Assembly (NCBI GenBank): GCA_013239625.1
Contig: MU054204.1
Location: 991,537 to 1,055,536, forward strand
Direction: 5' to 3'
Length of the DNA stretch: 64,000 bases
Source of the DNA: Lama guanicoe
Taxonomy: Eukaryota
Positions 17,035-31,163 of the stretch are shown piece after piece; positions within the stretch are counted from its first letter, which is position 1, and every line of letters starts with the position of its first letter. Made by a program: the position numbers and the translations under genes. Below the pieces are notes generated by a model. The model did no database searches and had not been told where the DNA came from. It was given only the letters and a program-made list of their open reading frames with translations.

Positions 17035-17765
17035 TTTTTTTTACCATGTGACTCTTTATTCTGTTGTACATATATACACTTTTTTAACATTTTTTATTAA
17101 TATATAATCATTTTACAATGTTGTGTCAAATTCCAGTGTTCAGCACAATTTTTCAGTCATTCATGGACATATACACACTCATTGTCACATTTTTTTTCTC
17201 TGTGATTTATCATAACATTTTGTGTATATTTCCCTGTGCTATACAGTGTAATCTTGTTTATCTATTCTACAATTTTGAAATCCCAGTCTATCCCTTCCCA
17301 CCCTCTACCCCCCTGGTAACCACAAGTCTGTATTCTGTCCATGAGTCTTTAGATTCCACATATGAGCGATCTCATATGGTATTTTTCTTTCTCTTTCTGG
17401 CTTACTTCACTTAGAATGACATTCTCTAGGAGCATCCATGTTGCTGCAAATGGCGTTATGTTGTCGGTTTTTATGGCTGAGTAGTATTCCATTGTATAAA
17501 TATACCACCTCTTCTTTATCCAGTCACCTGTTGATGGACATTTAGGCTGTTTCCATGTTTTGGCTATTGTAAATAGTGCTGCTATGAACATTGGGGTGCA
17601 GGTGTCATCCTGAAGTAGATTTCCTTCTGGATACAAGCCCAGGAGTGGGATTCCTGGGTCATATGGTAAGTCTATTCCTAGTCTTTTGAGGAATCTCCAC
17701 ACTGTTTTCCACAGTGGCTGCACCAAACTGCATTCCCACCAGCAGTGTAAGAGGGTTCCCCTTTC
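17035..17765 (-). mobile_element. 5'-truncated young L1 with 19-bp TSD and a short 3' transduction
   Basis: ORF2 C-terminus ([11 protein letters not shown]...[23 protein letters not shown]); TSD cagaatgagatagatttct at 17016-17034 and 17766-17784. Confidence 0.92.
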
Positions 17766-18402
17766 CAGAATGAGATAGATTTCTATGTAATGGTTAGGAA
17801 TAATGTTTGGAATATATTATTTCCATTCACTGAAAAGACGTAGCAGCAATGACAGCCTACTAGCAATGAGTATATCTAATGCCTAGACTGTGGTCTCTAA
17901 ATACCATATCCTACCAAAAGGAACCAATCTTCTTTGAAGAAATAATTGTTTATAGGTGTATAACAGGAAATGTACAAAACGATCCTAGGGCTTTTTTTTT
18001 TGTGACCAAAAAGCAAGGGAGACATCAAAGCCTAATGTAGTCATGTCAAAAGAATACAGGGTCCAAGATGAAGGGGAGTTCTCAAATGCCTGTATTGGGA
18101 CAATTAGAGCATAAAAAATCTGCAATTAATCAAGCATCAAATGTATAAAATATGAGTTCATAATGACATTAAAAAACATTGGTCATCCCTGTATGATGCT
18201 AGGGTACCAAATTATTGTTGCAAAAATTAACAAAGATAAAAATCAAGAACTTATCACACCTTTCCCATATGAACTGTAATTCAGGGCATCCAAATAGTTA
18301 ATGATATTCTTCTTTATGCAACAATTCCAGATAGCAAATGCAGAAGGAATGATAGAATGATATATCACTGTTTATAATCCCTAATGAAATAATAAATCTA
18401 AG

Positions 18403-18619
18403 CCATCGTTTCTCAACCTTAGCACTGTTGACATTTGAGGCCAGATGATTCTTTATTTTGGGACTGTCTATGCATTGTAGGATTTTTACCAGCATCTCTG
18501 GCTCCTACTAATTAGATGCCATTAGTCCCCTCTCTCCCAAGTTGTGACAATCAAAAATGTCTTCAGACATTGTTAACTGTCCCCTGAGGGATAAAATCAT
18601 CCCTGGCTGAGAACCACTA
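18403..18619. mobile_element. MER20 hAT MITE
   Basis: tttctcaaccttagcactgttgacattt...ccaagttgtgacaatcaaaaatgtcttcagacattg...gctgagaaccact. Confidence 0.88.
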
Positions 18620-19044
18620 ATCTAGAGCAATGATCATGAATGGATTAAAAAAATAGATAAATAATGATGGGGAACTTCACAATGGAGGGATCAGGTTGAT
18701 ACCACCTGAACCCACTGATCAATTTCAGCATCACTAAGAGTGGGACAGCTAGATATTATGTCTCCTGAGGTGATGCGGTAGGAATCATACAGCACCAACA
18801 ATGACATATTGATGTAAAAAATAAAAACTAAACCTAAATCTAATCAAAAATCTAGCTCTAATTCCCAGTTGATGGTAAATAAACAAAACAGAAGAACAAG
18901 TTCAGTGTTACCACAGAGAAGCAATCAGCCAAATCCAAAACGTGGAATTTTTTATAGGAAAAAATGACTTGTTTTTTTTTAAATGAAAAATGGCATTTAA
19001 AAGAGGATGAGGAAAACAATAAATGTTTAAATACATTTAAAGTA

Positions 19045-19460
19045 AACCATTACTGTATGATTCCACTCTATGACATTCTGGAAAAGGAAAAACTATGGCG
19101 ACAATAAAAATATCAGTAGTTGTCAGGGAGAGCTAGAAATGAATAGGCTGAGTACAAATGATTTTAAGGCATTGAAACTATTCTGTACGATACTGTAATG
19201 GTGGATACATATCATTATAAATGTATCCAAATCCAAAGTGTGTATAACACCAAGAATGAACCTGAATGTAAACTGTGGACTCTGGGTGATTATGATGTGT
19301 CAATGCTAAGTTTATCAGTTGTAACAAATGTATCACTCTGGTGGAGGATGTTGATAATGGAGGAGGTTATGCATGTACGCGAGCAGCATGTATATGGAAA
19401 TTTTCTGTATCTTTCACTCAGATTTGCTGTAAACCTAAAACTGCTCTAAATATTAAAGTC
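19045..19460 (+). mobile_element. Older L1M 3' end
   Basis: tactgtatgattcca...ctggaaaagg...gtaaactgtggactctgggtgattatgatgtgtcaatg...gtaaacctaaaactgctctaaa. Confidence 0.8.
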
Positions 19461-19468
19461 TATTTTTT

Positions 19469-20043
19469 TTACATTTTTATTGAGTTATAGTCATTTTACA
19501 ATGTTGTGTCAATTTCCAGTGTAGAGCACAATTTTGCAGTTATACATGAACATACCTATATTCATTGTCACATTTTTTTCACTGTGAGGTACCATAAGAT
19601 CTTGTATACATTTCCCCTGTGCTATACAGTATAATCTTGTTTATCTATTCTACATATGCCTGTCAGTATCTACAAATTTCAAACTCCCAGTCTGTCCCTT
19701 CCTACCACCCTCCCCCTTGGCAACCACAAGTTTGTATTCTATGTCTATGAGTCTGTTTCTGTTTTGTATTTATGTTCTTTTTTTTTTAGATTCCACATAT
19801 TAGCGATCTCATATGGTATTTTTCTTTCTCTTTCTGGCTTGCTTCACTTAGAATGACATTCTCTAGGGACATCCATGTTGCTGCAAATGGCATTATGCTG
19901 TCATTTTTATGGCTGAATAGTATTCCACTGTATAAATAAACCACAACTTCTTTATCCAGTTATCTGTCGATGGACATTTAGGCTGTTTGCATGTTTTGGC
20001 TATTGTAAATAGTGCTGCTATGAACATTGGGGTGCAGGTGTCA
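19469..20043 (-). mobile_element. 5'-truncated young L1 inserted into the tail of the older L1
   Basis: TSD taaagtctatttttt at 19454-19468 and 20044-20058; ORF2 C-terminal peptide. Confidence 0.9.
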
Positions 20044-21284
20044 TAAAGTCTATTTTTTAAGTAAAAAAAAGAGGGTGAGGAAAAGAAAGATGGGAAGCTA
20101 ACAGATTCTTTTCTAGCTTTACTGAGGTATAATTTATAAATAAAATTGTATATATTTAAGGTGTACAATGTAATGTTTTGATATATATATACATTGTGAA
20201 ATGATTACCACAATGCAGCTAGTCAACATAATCATCACCTCACACAGTTACCTTTCTGAATGGTGAGAACAGTTAAGATCTACTCTCTTAGCAAGTTTCA
20301 AGTATACAGTACATCATTATTAACTATAGTCACCATGTTGTACATTAGGTTTCCAGAATTTACTCATCCTACATAACTGAAACTTTGTACCCTTTGACCA
20401 ACATGACCCTGTTTCCCCCACCCTCCAGTCCCTGGAAACCACCATTCTACTCTCAGCTTCTATGAGTTGGATTTTCTTAGATTCTACATATAAATGACAT
20501 CATACGCTTACTTTCCTGTGCCTAGGTTAGGAAATGTATAGATTTTTAAAAGAGACTTAAGAAAAATAAAAAACAAATGCAATATTACATTTGATTTGGG
20601 TCTTATTTTGAAAAACAAAATCAATTTTAAAAGCACTTCCTGAAACAATCAGGAAAATTTGAATATGAATTAATATTTAATTACATTAAGAAATTATTAA
20701 CTAGTAAATTGTGATCATGGCATTGTGGTTATGCAAAAAATATTTTCTGTTAGAGATACAGTCTCATATTGAATGAAATAATATTATATCTATGATTTGA
20801 GTTAAAAGACTGCAACAAACCTTGTAGTGGGGAGAATAAATAAAACACGGTTGGCAAAACATCGAAAATCATTGAAGCTGAGTAAAGGGGATTCATTCTA
20901 CTAATCTCTCTACTTCTGAGTGTGTTCAAATTGTTCCATAAAAAGATGAAGTTTAAAAACAAACCAAGTGAGACTTCTGCTTCTGGAAAGATATAGTAGG
21001 TGTACTTCTCCCTATTTCTCCTGCTAAGTATAGCTAAAAACCCTGGACATTGGTTATTAAAAAAAAATAAGAAGACTCTGAAAAGTACACAGACAGACTG
21101 GCTATAGACCTCAGAACCCAAGGAATGGCAAATCAGTGAGTTCCCTGAGGTTTGGTTTGGTTCAGTTCAGTTTTGCTTCATATATCTTAGATTGGGCGCT
21201 GGAGAAGTTGAAAACCTGGAAACATCAATGGGTATAGGCAAAAAGACAGAGAGAAAGAGAGAAAGAGAGAAAAAGAGAAAGAAA

Positions 21285-21324
<40 letters not shown>

Positions 21325-21366
21325 AAAAAAAAAAAAAAAAAAAAAGAAAGAAAGAAAGAAAAAGAG

Positions 21367-21406
<40 letters not shown>

Positions 21407-21471
21407 GGAGGGAGGGAGGGAAGGAAGGAAGGAAGAAAGGAAGAAAGGAAAAGGAAAAAAGAAACCTTAAA

Positions 21472-21570
21472 AGAGGAGGGAATAGCTCAGTGGTAGAGTG
21501 CATGCCTAGCATGCGTGAGGTCTTCCATTCAAAACAAACAAACAAGCAAACCTAATTACTTCCGCCTCCT
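21472..21570 (+). mobile_element. Vic-1-like SINE (internally deleted)
   Basis: gaggagggaatagctcagtggtagagtgcatgcctagcatgcgtgaggtc. Confidence 0.8.
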
Positions 21571-24500
21571 AAAAAACCACAACCCCAACTCCAATTTTTT
21601 TTTAAATGTCTCAAGAAAACCCTGCTGTCTTTAGGCAAAGGACCAGGAAAAGGGCAACCTTGCAAGACAGAAAAGTTTTAGATAATAAGCACTCTACTCC
21701 AACCAAACCCCACAGAAAAAAATTAGCCACCATCCATGCCAACAAAGGCCAAATGGGGGACTTAAACTTTCACCCTTGGCAGGCTTCAATCTGCTGGGAT
21801 GGTGTCAGAGAAGGACAAGTTGGGAGCCAGAACTTTCATTCCTGAGCAGTAACAAGGTCCCTCTGATACTGTGTCAGTGAAGACTAAATGGAAATTCTGG
21901 AGTTCATGCCAACCTGGTGAAAACAAGGGGCCCCTCCTCTTTTCCCCACTGAGATGGTGTCAGAGGAGTCCCAGTAGAGAAATAGCACTTTTATCCAGCA
22001 GTAACAAGCATCCCTCTCCCACCATGGTTTTGTCAGTGGAGGTCATGAGAACAAGGCGTTCCTGCTCCTCTCCACCAAGGTGATATCAGCAGAGGCATAG
22101 GGCAGAGCCCGAACTTCTCCCACCTTGCCAAGTAGTAATGAGGAGACCCTCACCCCCAGGTGTCAATGGAAGCTGAATGAGGAACCTGGACTTCCACTCT
22201 ACCTGGCAGCAATGAAGTGGCATTCCCCTTCCCCTGCCAGAGCAGCATCAGAAGCATGATAAAAACGAAGGATTTATATAATATCGAGTTTCTTTTTTTA
22301 ACATTCTTTTTATTGAGTTATAATCATTTTACAATGTTGTGTCAAATTCTAGTGTGGAGCACAATTTTTCAGTTATACATGAACATACATATAGTCATTG
22401 TCACTTTTTTTTGTTGTGAGCTACCACAAGATCTTGTATATATTTCCCTGTGCTATACAGTATAATCTTGTTTATCTATTCTACATACACCTGTCAGTAT
22501 CTACAACTTTCGAACTCCCAGTCTGTCCCTTCCCACCATAATACCCTAAATGTCCATTTTTCAATCAAAAATCACTTACCATATCAAAAGCCAGGAAAAT
22601 CTCCACTTGATGAGAAAAGACAGCCAAAATACAGAAACAGTATGACATAGATGTTCATAAAGATGATTCAACAGCAATTACAAACATAATAGAAATAAAT
22701 TTTAAAAAAGAAAGTCTCATCAAAGAAATAGAAGATATAAAAAAACTAAGTGGAATTTTTAAAACTAATAAGTTCAATAAATGAAAATTTTAAATTAATA
22801 GATGGCTCAAGAGCAGAATGGAAGAGACAAAGAATCAGTGAACTTGAAAATAGAACAAAAGAAATTATCCAGTGTGAACAATAGAAAGAAAATAGACTAG
22901 GGGAAAGACAAACAGATCCTAAGGAACATGTGGGACTATAGCAAAAGATGGAACATCTGTGTCATCAAAGTTAGGAAAAGAGAGGAGAAAAAAGGTAGAG
23001 CTGAAAAAGTATTCAAAGAAATAATGGCTGAAAATTCCCCCCAAGACTTACAGATTCAAGAAGCTGAACAAACCCCAAAGTGTATACACATAAAGAAATC
23101 CATGCCAAGACCTATCACACTCAAACTTCTGAAAACAAAGGACAAAATAAAAAGGCAGCCAGAGAGAAATGATGCCTTGCCTTTAGGGGAAAAACAATTT
23201 GAGCCACAGAGGATTTTTCATCAGAAACCATAGTGGTCAGAAGTAACTGACACAATATTTCTCAAGGGCTGAAGAAAGAACTGTCAATCCAGAATCCTAT
23301 GTCCAGGGAAAATATACTTCGGGAATGAAGGGTTAATCAAGACATTCTCAAATAAAGTAAAACTAAGAGAATTTGCCACGAGCAAACCTACCCTGAAAGA
23401 ATGGATAAAAGAAGTTCTCTAAACAGAAAGGAAATTTTAAAAAGAAGGAATCTAAGAACATCAGGAAAGAGAAAAAGCCTAACAGAAAGAGTAAAAATAT
23501 GGGTAAATACAATAGATTTTCCCTCTCCTACTGAGTTTTCTAAATTATGTTTGATGGTTGAAGCAAAAATTGTCAATACTATCTGACGTGGTTTTCAATG
23601 TATGCAGAGGAAATATACAAGACAATTATATTATAAACAAAATAGAGTAAAGGGAGGTAAGGTTTCCACATTTCATCCAAAATGGGAAACTGTTGATACC
23701 ATCAGACTGTGAAAAGGCAAGTATGTTTAATAACTAAAGAAAAAGCCTCCCCCCTCTCTCTCTAAATAGGTGGAGAGACATACTGTGTTCACAGGATGGA
23801 AGACAACATATAGAGATATCAATTCTCCCTCAAATTTATATACAGCATTATTTAATGCAATTCTTATGATGATTACAGCAAGATTTTTTTTTACAAATGT
23901 AGGCAAGTTTATTCTAAAACTTATATTAAAAGGCAAAGGAACTAGAATAGCTAAAACAATATTGAAATAAAGGAAAAAGTTGAAAGAATTACACTGCCTG
24001 ATTTTAAGATTTCCTGTATAGCTATGGTAATCAAGAATGGTGGTATTGGCAAAGAGATAGATATATCAGTGGAAAAGAATAGAGATCAAGGATAAAGAAT
24101 CAGTGATCAATGGAATACAACTGAGACCCCAGAAATAGACCCACACAAGAATGGCCAACTGATCTTTGACAAAGGTGAAAAAGCAATCAAATGGAGGAAG
24201 GATAGTTTTTTCAACAAATAGTGCTGGAGCAATTGGATGTCCACAGGCAAAAAAAAAAAAAAAAGAACCTCTACTTAGACTTCAAATCTTATACAAAAAT
24301 TAACTCAAAATGAATCATAGATTTAAATGTAAAACTATAAAACGCTAAATGAAAACATAAGAGAAGATCTACAGGCCCTAGGGCTTGGTGAAGAATTCTT
24401 AAACATAACACCAAAAGCATGATCCATAAAATTTTAAAAATTGACAAATTATATTAAATCAATATAAAACATTTGTAAAAGACTCTTAGGAAAATTAAAA

Positions 24501-25212
24501 TATAAGTTACAGAGTGAGAAAAATTATTTGCAAAGCAGATATCTGACAAGGGGCTCATATCTAGAGTATATAAAGAATTCTCAAAACTCAACAGTAAAAA
24601 AAAAATCCAGTTAGAAAGTGGACAAAAGATTTGAAGAGACAGCTCACTGAAGAGGATAAACAGATGACAAATAAGCATATGAAGAAATGTTCAGTATCAT
24701 TAGCCATTAGGGAAATGTAAGTTAAGACCATGATGAGATATCATCATACATGTATTAGAAAAGCTAAAATTAAAAATAGTGACAATACCAATGATGGTAA
24801 AGATGGAGAGAAACTAGAGCTTTCATATATTGCTGGTGGGAATGTAATGTACAGTCACTCTGGAAAATAATTTAGTGGTTTCTTAAGTAGCTAAAATACC
24901 ATATGACTCAGTAATCTCACTCCTAGGCATTTATCCCAGAGAAATGAAAACTTACACCCACACAAAAATGTGTACTCAAATAGTCATAACAGCTTTATTT
25001 GTGATAGCTAAATTTGGAAACAACCAATATGTCCTTTAATAGGTGAATGGTTAAACAAATTGTGGTATATCCATACCATGGAATACTGTTCGGCAATAAA
25101 AAAGGCAAACTATACACACAATAATTTGGATGGATCTCAAAGACATTATGCTGAGTGAAAATAGTCCATCTCAAAAGGCCACAAACTGTATGTTTCCATT
25201 TATATTACATTC

Positions 25213-25351
25213 TTTTTGGGGGGAGGGGCAGTAATTCAATTTATTTATTTATTTATTTATTTTTTTTTTTTTAATGGAGTTACTGGGGACTGAACCAGGA
25301 CCTTGTGCATGCTAAGCAAGCACTCTATCGCTGAGCTATACTCTCCCCCCA
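25213..25351 (-). mobile_element. Vic-1-like SINE
   Basis: Consensus match; TSD attacattctt / attatattctt. Confidence 0.85.
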
Positions 25352-26689
25352 TATTATATTCTTGAAGTGACAAAATTAAGTGATGGAGAACAGATTAGTG
25401 GTTGCCAGGGGTTGGGGTGATGGGTGGGAGGGGAGTGGGTGTGAATATAAGGGGTAGCAGGAAGATCTTCACAGAGATGGGACAGTTCTGTATATTGATT
25501 GTGGTGGTGGTTATACCAATCTACACGTGATGAGATGACATAGAATTATGCATACATTGTACCAATGCCAATCTATCACACAAGATTTAAGTTCTGGGGG
25601 AAACTGAGTGAAGGTTATACAAAACAGCTATAAGGTCTTGAAAAAAATTTCAAATCAGAACAAGAGGAAATTGAATTCTCAGCAATAATTTTCTATCATA
25701 TCGTTTCTAACTAGAATGTCAGGGTTTTTCCCTGAATGCAGAGGTCCCCAAGTGTCTCCAGAGGCTCTTATAAGACTGACCCCAGAGGATCTATGTGACA
25801 TGTCCTTTGCTGTTCCCCTGGGCAATGTTGGTGGAATACAGGAAGCCCAGGCCTTCATCCAGGACTGCAGCTGTAGGAGGAGCCCTCAGGACCACATGGG
25901 CTGTCATTAGACATGTTACCGCAACAAGGAGACATAGCAGACTGACTTGGCTCTCTTCTGTTCTTCTCTAGACCATAGGCCTCCAGCTAAATCAGAGTTA
26001 AATTCCCTCCAATCCAGCCTAACTAGTCACTGGTGAATACTAGATCTTTTCATATGCACATGCTCATTCATTCACACAAAACTGATTGAATATATAACCT
26101 GCATGTCTGCTATCCAGGCTGGTACTCTGCAATTTCTTGGTCACCATGCTGTCCTGCTGGGAGGGATGAAAGGGGGAACTGGTTTCATGAAGTCACACTG
26201 TAGGTGAGCTTAGGCAAGGTATTTACCTGGATCTCAGGACCTGGCAGTGGGAGCAGTAGAAGCTCCAAGGGTTGCTCTTTCTGTCCATCACCATAAAGGT
26301 CTCTGTGACTTTTATTTAAAAAAACATATGAACTTCATTTATCCAGTTATAAGTTCATCCTTTTGAAAAATTAGTATTATTTTTGAGCAGAAACAACAGT
26401 GGCGGCAGATCAGAACTAGGCAAGCCCTGAGTAGGCAAATATTTCAGACTTCCCACAGAATTGGAAAGATCTCTAACATCTTCACATTGTCAGTATGGGT
26501 TTGAGGAGCCCTAAGTATGCCAGAAACATCTGCTGCCAAGAAATGTGACATGAAGGGGAATTCAGCATCCTGGGGGAATTTTGGAGAGTGTTCCTAAGAG
26601 TGGAGTGATCAACTGTGATGGGGTTTCTTAAAAGAGACTTATTCTTAGGATGAGCTCTCTTTACTTAAGAATTAGATTAAGATTGATTG

Positions 26690-26818
26690 GGGAAGGGAGA
26701 GGGTATAGCTCATTGGTAGAGTGTGTGCCTAGCAATGCACAGGTCCTTGGTTCACTCCCCAGTGCCTCCATTAAAAAAATAAACTTAATTACCTGCCCCC
26801 AAAAGTTATTTTTAAAAA
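26690..26818 (+). mobile_element. Vic-1-like SINE
   Basis: Consensus match; TSD agattgattgggga. Confidence 0.88.
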
Positions 26819-29800
26819 AGATTGATTGGGGATGGATGGGCAGAAGATTCTCAGACTCTTGTTATCTTAGGTGAAGACATTGTTGTCCCTGGTGGAGGGG
26901 CAGGAAACCAGGAAGGTTAAAACCAGAGAGAAAGGGTCATATTACCAGAATTTGTGACAGACCTCTCCCTTTCCATGAGGTGGGGAGAGGGAGCATGAAT
27001 AAACTGAATAAAGTGTTGTACAATACCGACTAAATTTTTTATGGACAGATGAAAGTGGCAGGCCAATCAGTTTCAGCTTTAAAGGGCAAAGGGCAACAGC
27101 TCTAACAAATGGAGAGAAAATTGGGAGGAGCTAGAAAGATCGGCTCAGTGATTCACTAGAAGTAAATGGAAAGAATTTATCTGAAAGTGATGAGATATTT
27201 GAAGAATGCCAAGGCAAGGGACAAACCCCTTTCATTATGGTGCACCCACCACCAGTTGTGCTTTACTAAGAGGGCAAGTCCACACATGCATCTGTCAAGG
27301 TGAATCAAACAAGGAAGATGATTTGCAACAACAAACCTGTGGTAGAGAGGGGGACAGAGCAACCTGGGGCAACCCGAAATAAACCTACTCTGCCCTGCCG
27401 CCCGCTCACACTGATGTGGACATTCCTCATTGAAAACCTTGAAGTCCAGTGAGTCCATGAAGGTTTTCAAGACCAGAGAGTGTTCCCTAAAAACTGAGAA
27501 GTTTTCCAAGTGGCTGATGGAGTGAACTAAGGTACAGGGCAACATAACACTGGAGACAAGAGGAAGTCGTGGAGACCTTTGCTCAGGCAGTTGATGTGGG
27601 CTCTGTAGAAGGAGGTCAGACAACATACAGGGAGCATTTAGGGAGTGTTTCAATTATAAGGCAATGGTGAATCAAGAGAGAAATCCTCATGAGAATCCCT
27701 GGGAAGCCTTTAGGCTGGTCATCGTAAGGGCTAGACACTGGACAGCCATTCCTTTCAATTAGGATGGAACCCCTGGTCTTCCCAAACCAGGGGTGGCAAT
27801 GGACATTCAAAAAGAAAACTTGAAAATTCAGCACTTGGCCCCAATAATGTAAAATATAGAAAAATCATATGACTTTATAGTTATTACAAACAGAAGAACT
27901 AGAAAGTCCAAATGAATGGTTGATGCCGATTACTTTCTAGAAACCTTCTAGAAAACAAACTTTTGGTGGTGAACTAAAGGCTTAGGGATGGTGAATCCCT
28001 GTAACAAACCAACAGTAGCTACCTTTTCAAAGAGGAATGGGCAGATACTAGGGAAGAATAAAAGGGTGTTAAGTTTCTTATGAAGTCCAACATACACTTA
28101 CTGTAAGACTCTGCAATCCCACTCCTAGGTATTTACCCCAGAGAAATTAAAATTTGTGTTCACACAAAAACCTGTACATGAATGTTAATAGAAGCCCCAA
28201 AATGGAAACAACCCAAGTTCTTCATGGTGAATGGATAAATTTATTCTGATATGTCCATACAACAAAAAGATAATAATTGTCAGCAATAAAAGGGAATGAA
28301 CTACTTATACACACAATAACATGGGTGAATCTCAAATGCATTATGCTGAGCAAGAGAAACCAGAATCAGAAGGCTACATCCAGTGTAATTCTATTTATAG
28401 TCTGGAAAAGGTAAAACTATAGGGATAGAAAACAGATTAGTGGTTGCCAGCCTCTGGGGGGCAAGGAGAGGGGTTGATTACCAAGGCACAGAAAGAATCT
28501 TTTTGTGATACAGGAATTTTCAATATCTTGATTGTAGTGGTGATTACACAACTGCATAAGTTTGTCAAAACTCATGCAACTGTGCTTCAGAAAAGGGTGA
28601 AGCTTACTATATGTAAATTATATCTTAATAAACCTGACTTGTAAAAATGCTGAGTTAGAACATATTTTAAACCGATTATTCAAAGAGGCTATGTTGGATC
28701 AAATAAGCCAATCTGGTTGGCTTGGTTCCCGTTTGCATCTGCTTTCAGATCAAGGGCAGAGCCCCAAACCAAAAAGCCAGGTGAACTCATCTGTCATCTC
28801 TGGGAAGAGACCAGTGTCTCTTCTCTTCAGGGAGAATGGGTATATTCTGAGGCAGTATGATGAACAGTACATTTTGCCTGTCTGTTTCTGCACTTTACAT
28901 GTGAAACTCTGCATCCAGGGGGAAATGGAAGAAGTTGTTTTGGTTCTGAGCCAAGAATATTCAGAAACATCTGAACATTCAGCCCTCACAAATTTCAAAC
29001 TAAGAAAGCAAGAGTAGTGAGTTTCCAGCACATAATTACTTCCCAAGGCCACAATGGGCTTGTTGGGAAGGATACGGAAGGGAACAGATACCTGGACTTT
29101 CCCACTGAATTCTGGGCACAGCTTTAATTTATTTAAAACTCCTCAACTGTGCATTGTTTATGGGATGGGAAGATTGGCAGGAGTACCTGAAATTCCACAA
29201 GTAGCACCCAAGATTGAATTGGGCTTAAAGTGGGCATGTCTTAAGAACTTCAAGGATTTTCTCTTCTTTTTTTCCCCTAATCTAACAGATTCATCAATAT
29301 TTGTAACAGTGTGGAGAAAGGAACAGCAGCCACAGTGCAATTAATGTTGATGGAGGAGTCAGCTGGATAGTAAAATCCATCAAAGACATCATACATTCAT
29401 ACTTGAGCTCAAGTTGGTGTTAGGACTATAGCTACCCCAAACTCCAACAGAACCATAACCCCAGTGCTGTAATGTCATCAAAGAAATGAAAACAACAGTC
29501 CAAAACTGTTGGCTTGGAAATAGAGCTATTATATGAGGTTCATCCATAAACATTCTTGTCTGATTTGGAAGCCAAATGTAACTTGGTGAACAAATATTCT
29601 CTATTATGGAGGTTTCAATTTGTCCACAAAACCCCTGGCACTAGTAGAAGCTTATGACCATTAATTGAGTGGAGAAATTCTTGGAGACACCTCCAACTTC
29701 TCCACTGAAAATAGTTATGTCAATATCAATTGATGTCTATTTATCTCTAACTTATTTATTATTCTCTTCTAAATAATCTTAAGATGGAACTCCTAACTGC

Positions 29801-30349
29801 AGGAGAAAGCAAATTATACTTGGAGGATGACTTCTTTGCACAAGGAAAAGCTGGACTCAGAGTCCAGGGATCTGGGATCTAAATAAGCTACCTTGGAAAA
29901 TGGAATTTGATCTAGGAAGTTGAAATTGTGACCTTTGGGCTTCCAAAAGAGCGATCCATTTTGAGGATGTCCAGACACGATTGTAACAAAGTCAGCCTAT
30001 TTATTTCTGACAGTCAGTAGGTTGTTGGACTCCTGAAACATCCAGTACTTGCTGAATTCTGTTGGCCACCACTTCTGCCATGCTTTCTATTAGAGAAGGA
30101 GCGAGTCTGGCATAACAATTAAGCACAGACTCTGGACCCGTTGTTGCCAGTGTTCAAATCCTATCTCTGCCATTTCCTGGTGATGGTAGATTTGACAGAT
30201 TTTTTTTTAACATCTCTGTTTCAGTTTTTTCATCTGCAAAAATATATATAGTAGTATCAATGATTCCATTTTAGCGTTGTTGTGAGTGGTGACTTTATCA
30301 ATATAAAAGCCCTCAGAACAAGATCTCTCATAAGTACTACTGAGTAGTA

Positions 30350-30790
30350 TTACTATTTTCATTTCCAGGGGCCCAAAGACTGCTGTACTAAATTGTCACA
30401 AACTGGGTGGTTTTAAATAATAGAAATTTACCCTCTCACAGCTCTGGAGGCTAGACATCCCAAATCAAGGTGTCAGTAGTGCCATGCTCTCTCTGAAGTT
30501 TCCAGGGGAAAATATGTCCCATGCCTTTCTCTTAGCTTCTGGTGTCGTTGGCAATCCTTGACATTCCTGGGCTTGTAGGCATATTACTCCAATCTCTACC
30601 TCTTTGTCACATGTCTCTATCTCTGTGTCTCTCCTCCTCTTCTAATAAGGGGACCAGTCCTATTGGATTAAGGATCCATCCTAATGACTGCATATTAACT
30701 TGATTACATCTGTAAATATCCTATTTCTGAATAATGTACTGGAAACTAAGGGTTCAACATATCTTTTGTGGGGCACAATTCAACCTATGA
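30350..30790. mobile_element. MLT1-type MaLR solo LTR
   Basis: cacaaactgggtggttttaaataatagaaattta..ctcacagctctggaggctaga...aatcaaggtgtcag...ggggcacaattcaacc. Confidence 0.85.
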
Positions 30791-31016
30791 CAAGATATAA
30801 GACAATAAACATTTTAGTACACCTGAAACAATGATGTCATCACACACATTGGATAGTGGAAAGAAGTAAACATTGAAGTGGAGGACTGGTTTTTCTACCT
30901 GCCTAGAATGCTCCTTGTGATGGTCCCAAATCAATCTAAGAATTTCATTAAAGCAACCTCTAGTTGGAGGCATAACTTTAGGTAATCTTGGTAAAGCACT
31001 GCTCGAGGTTGACTCT

Positions 31017-31042
31017 TTTTTGGGGGGGTAGTAATTAGGTAT

Positions 31043-31086
<44 letters not shown>

Positions 31087-31163
31087 TGGAGGTGCTGGGG
31101 ATTGAACCCAGAACTTCATGCATGCTGGGCACGCACTCTACCACTGAGCTATACCCTCCCCCA
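31017..31163 (-). mobile_element. Vic-1-like SINE with (TTTA)n
   Basis: Consensus match; TSD aggttgactctt. Confidence 0.9.

Larger units (their letters stand above)
20965..25640 (+). mobile_element. Old internally deleted L1M with ORF1 (~22700-23460) and ORF2 C-terminal (~23770-25100) remnants; nested SINEs, an L1 fragment and a purine microsatellite (21240-21465)
   Basis: ORF1-like EKVFKEIMAENSP..LQIQEAEQTP...PRPITLKLLKTKDK; ORF2-like KFILKLILKGKGTRIAKTILK; L1M 3' UTR. Confidence 0.85.

Noticed and set aside
21192..21545. K/E/R-rich and F/L/S-rich ORFs
   Set aside because: Translations of a (GAAA)n/(GA)n microsatellite.
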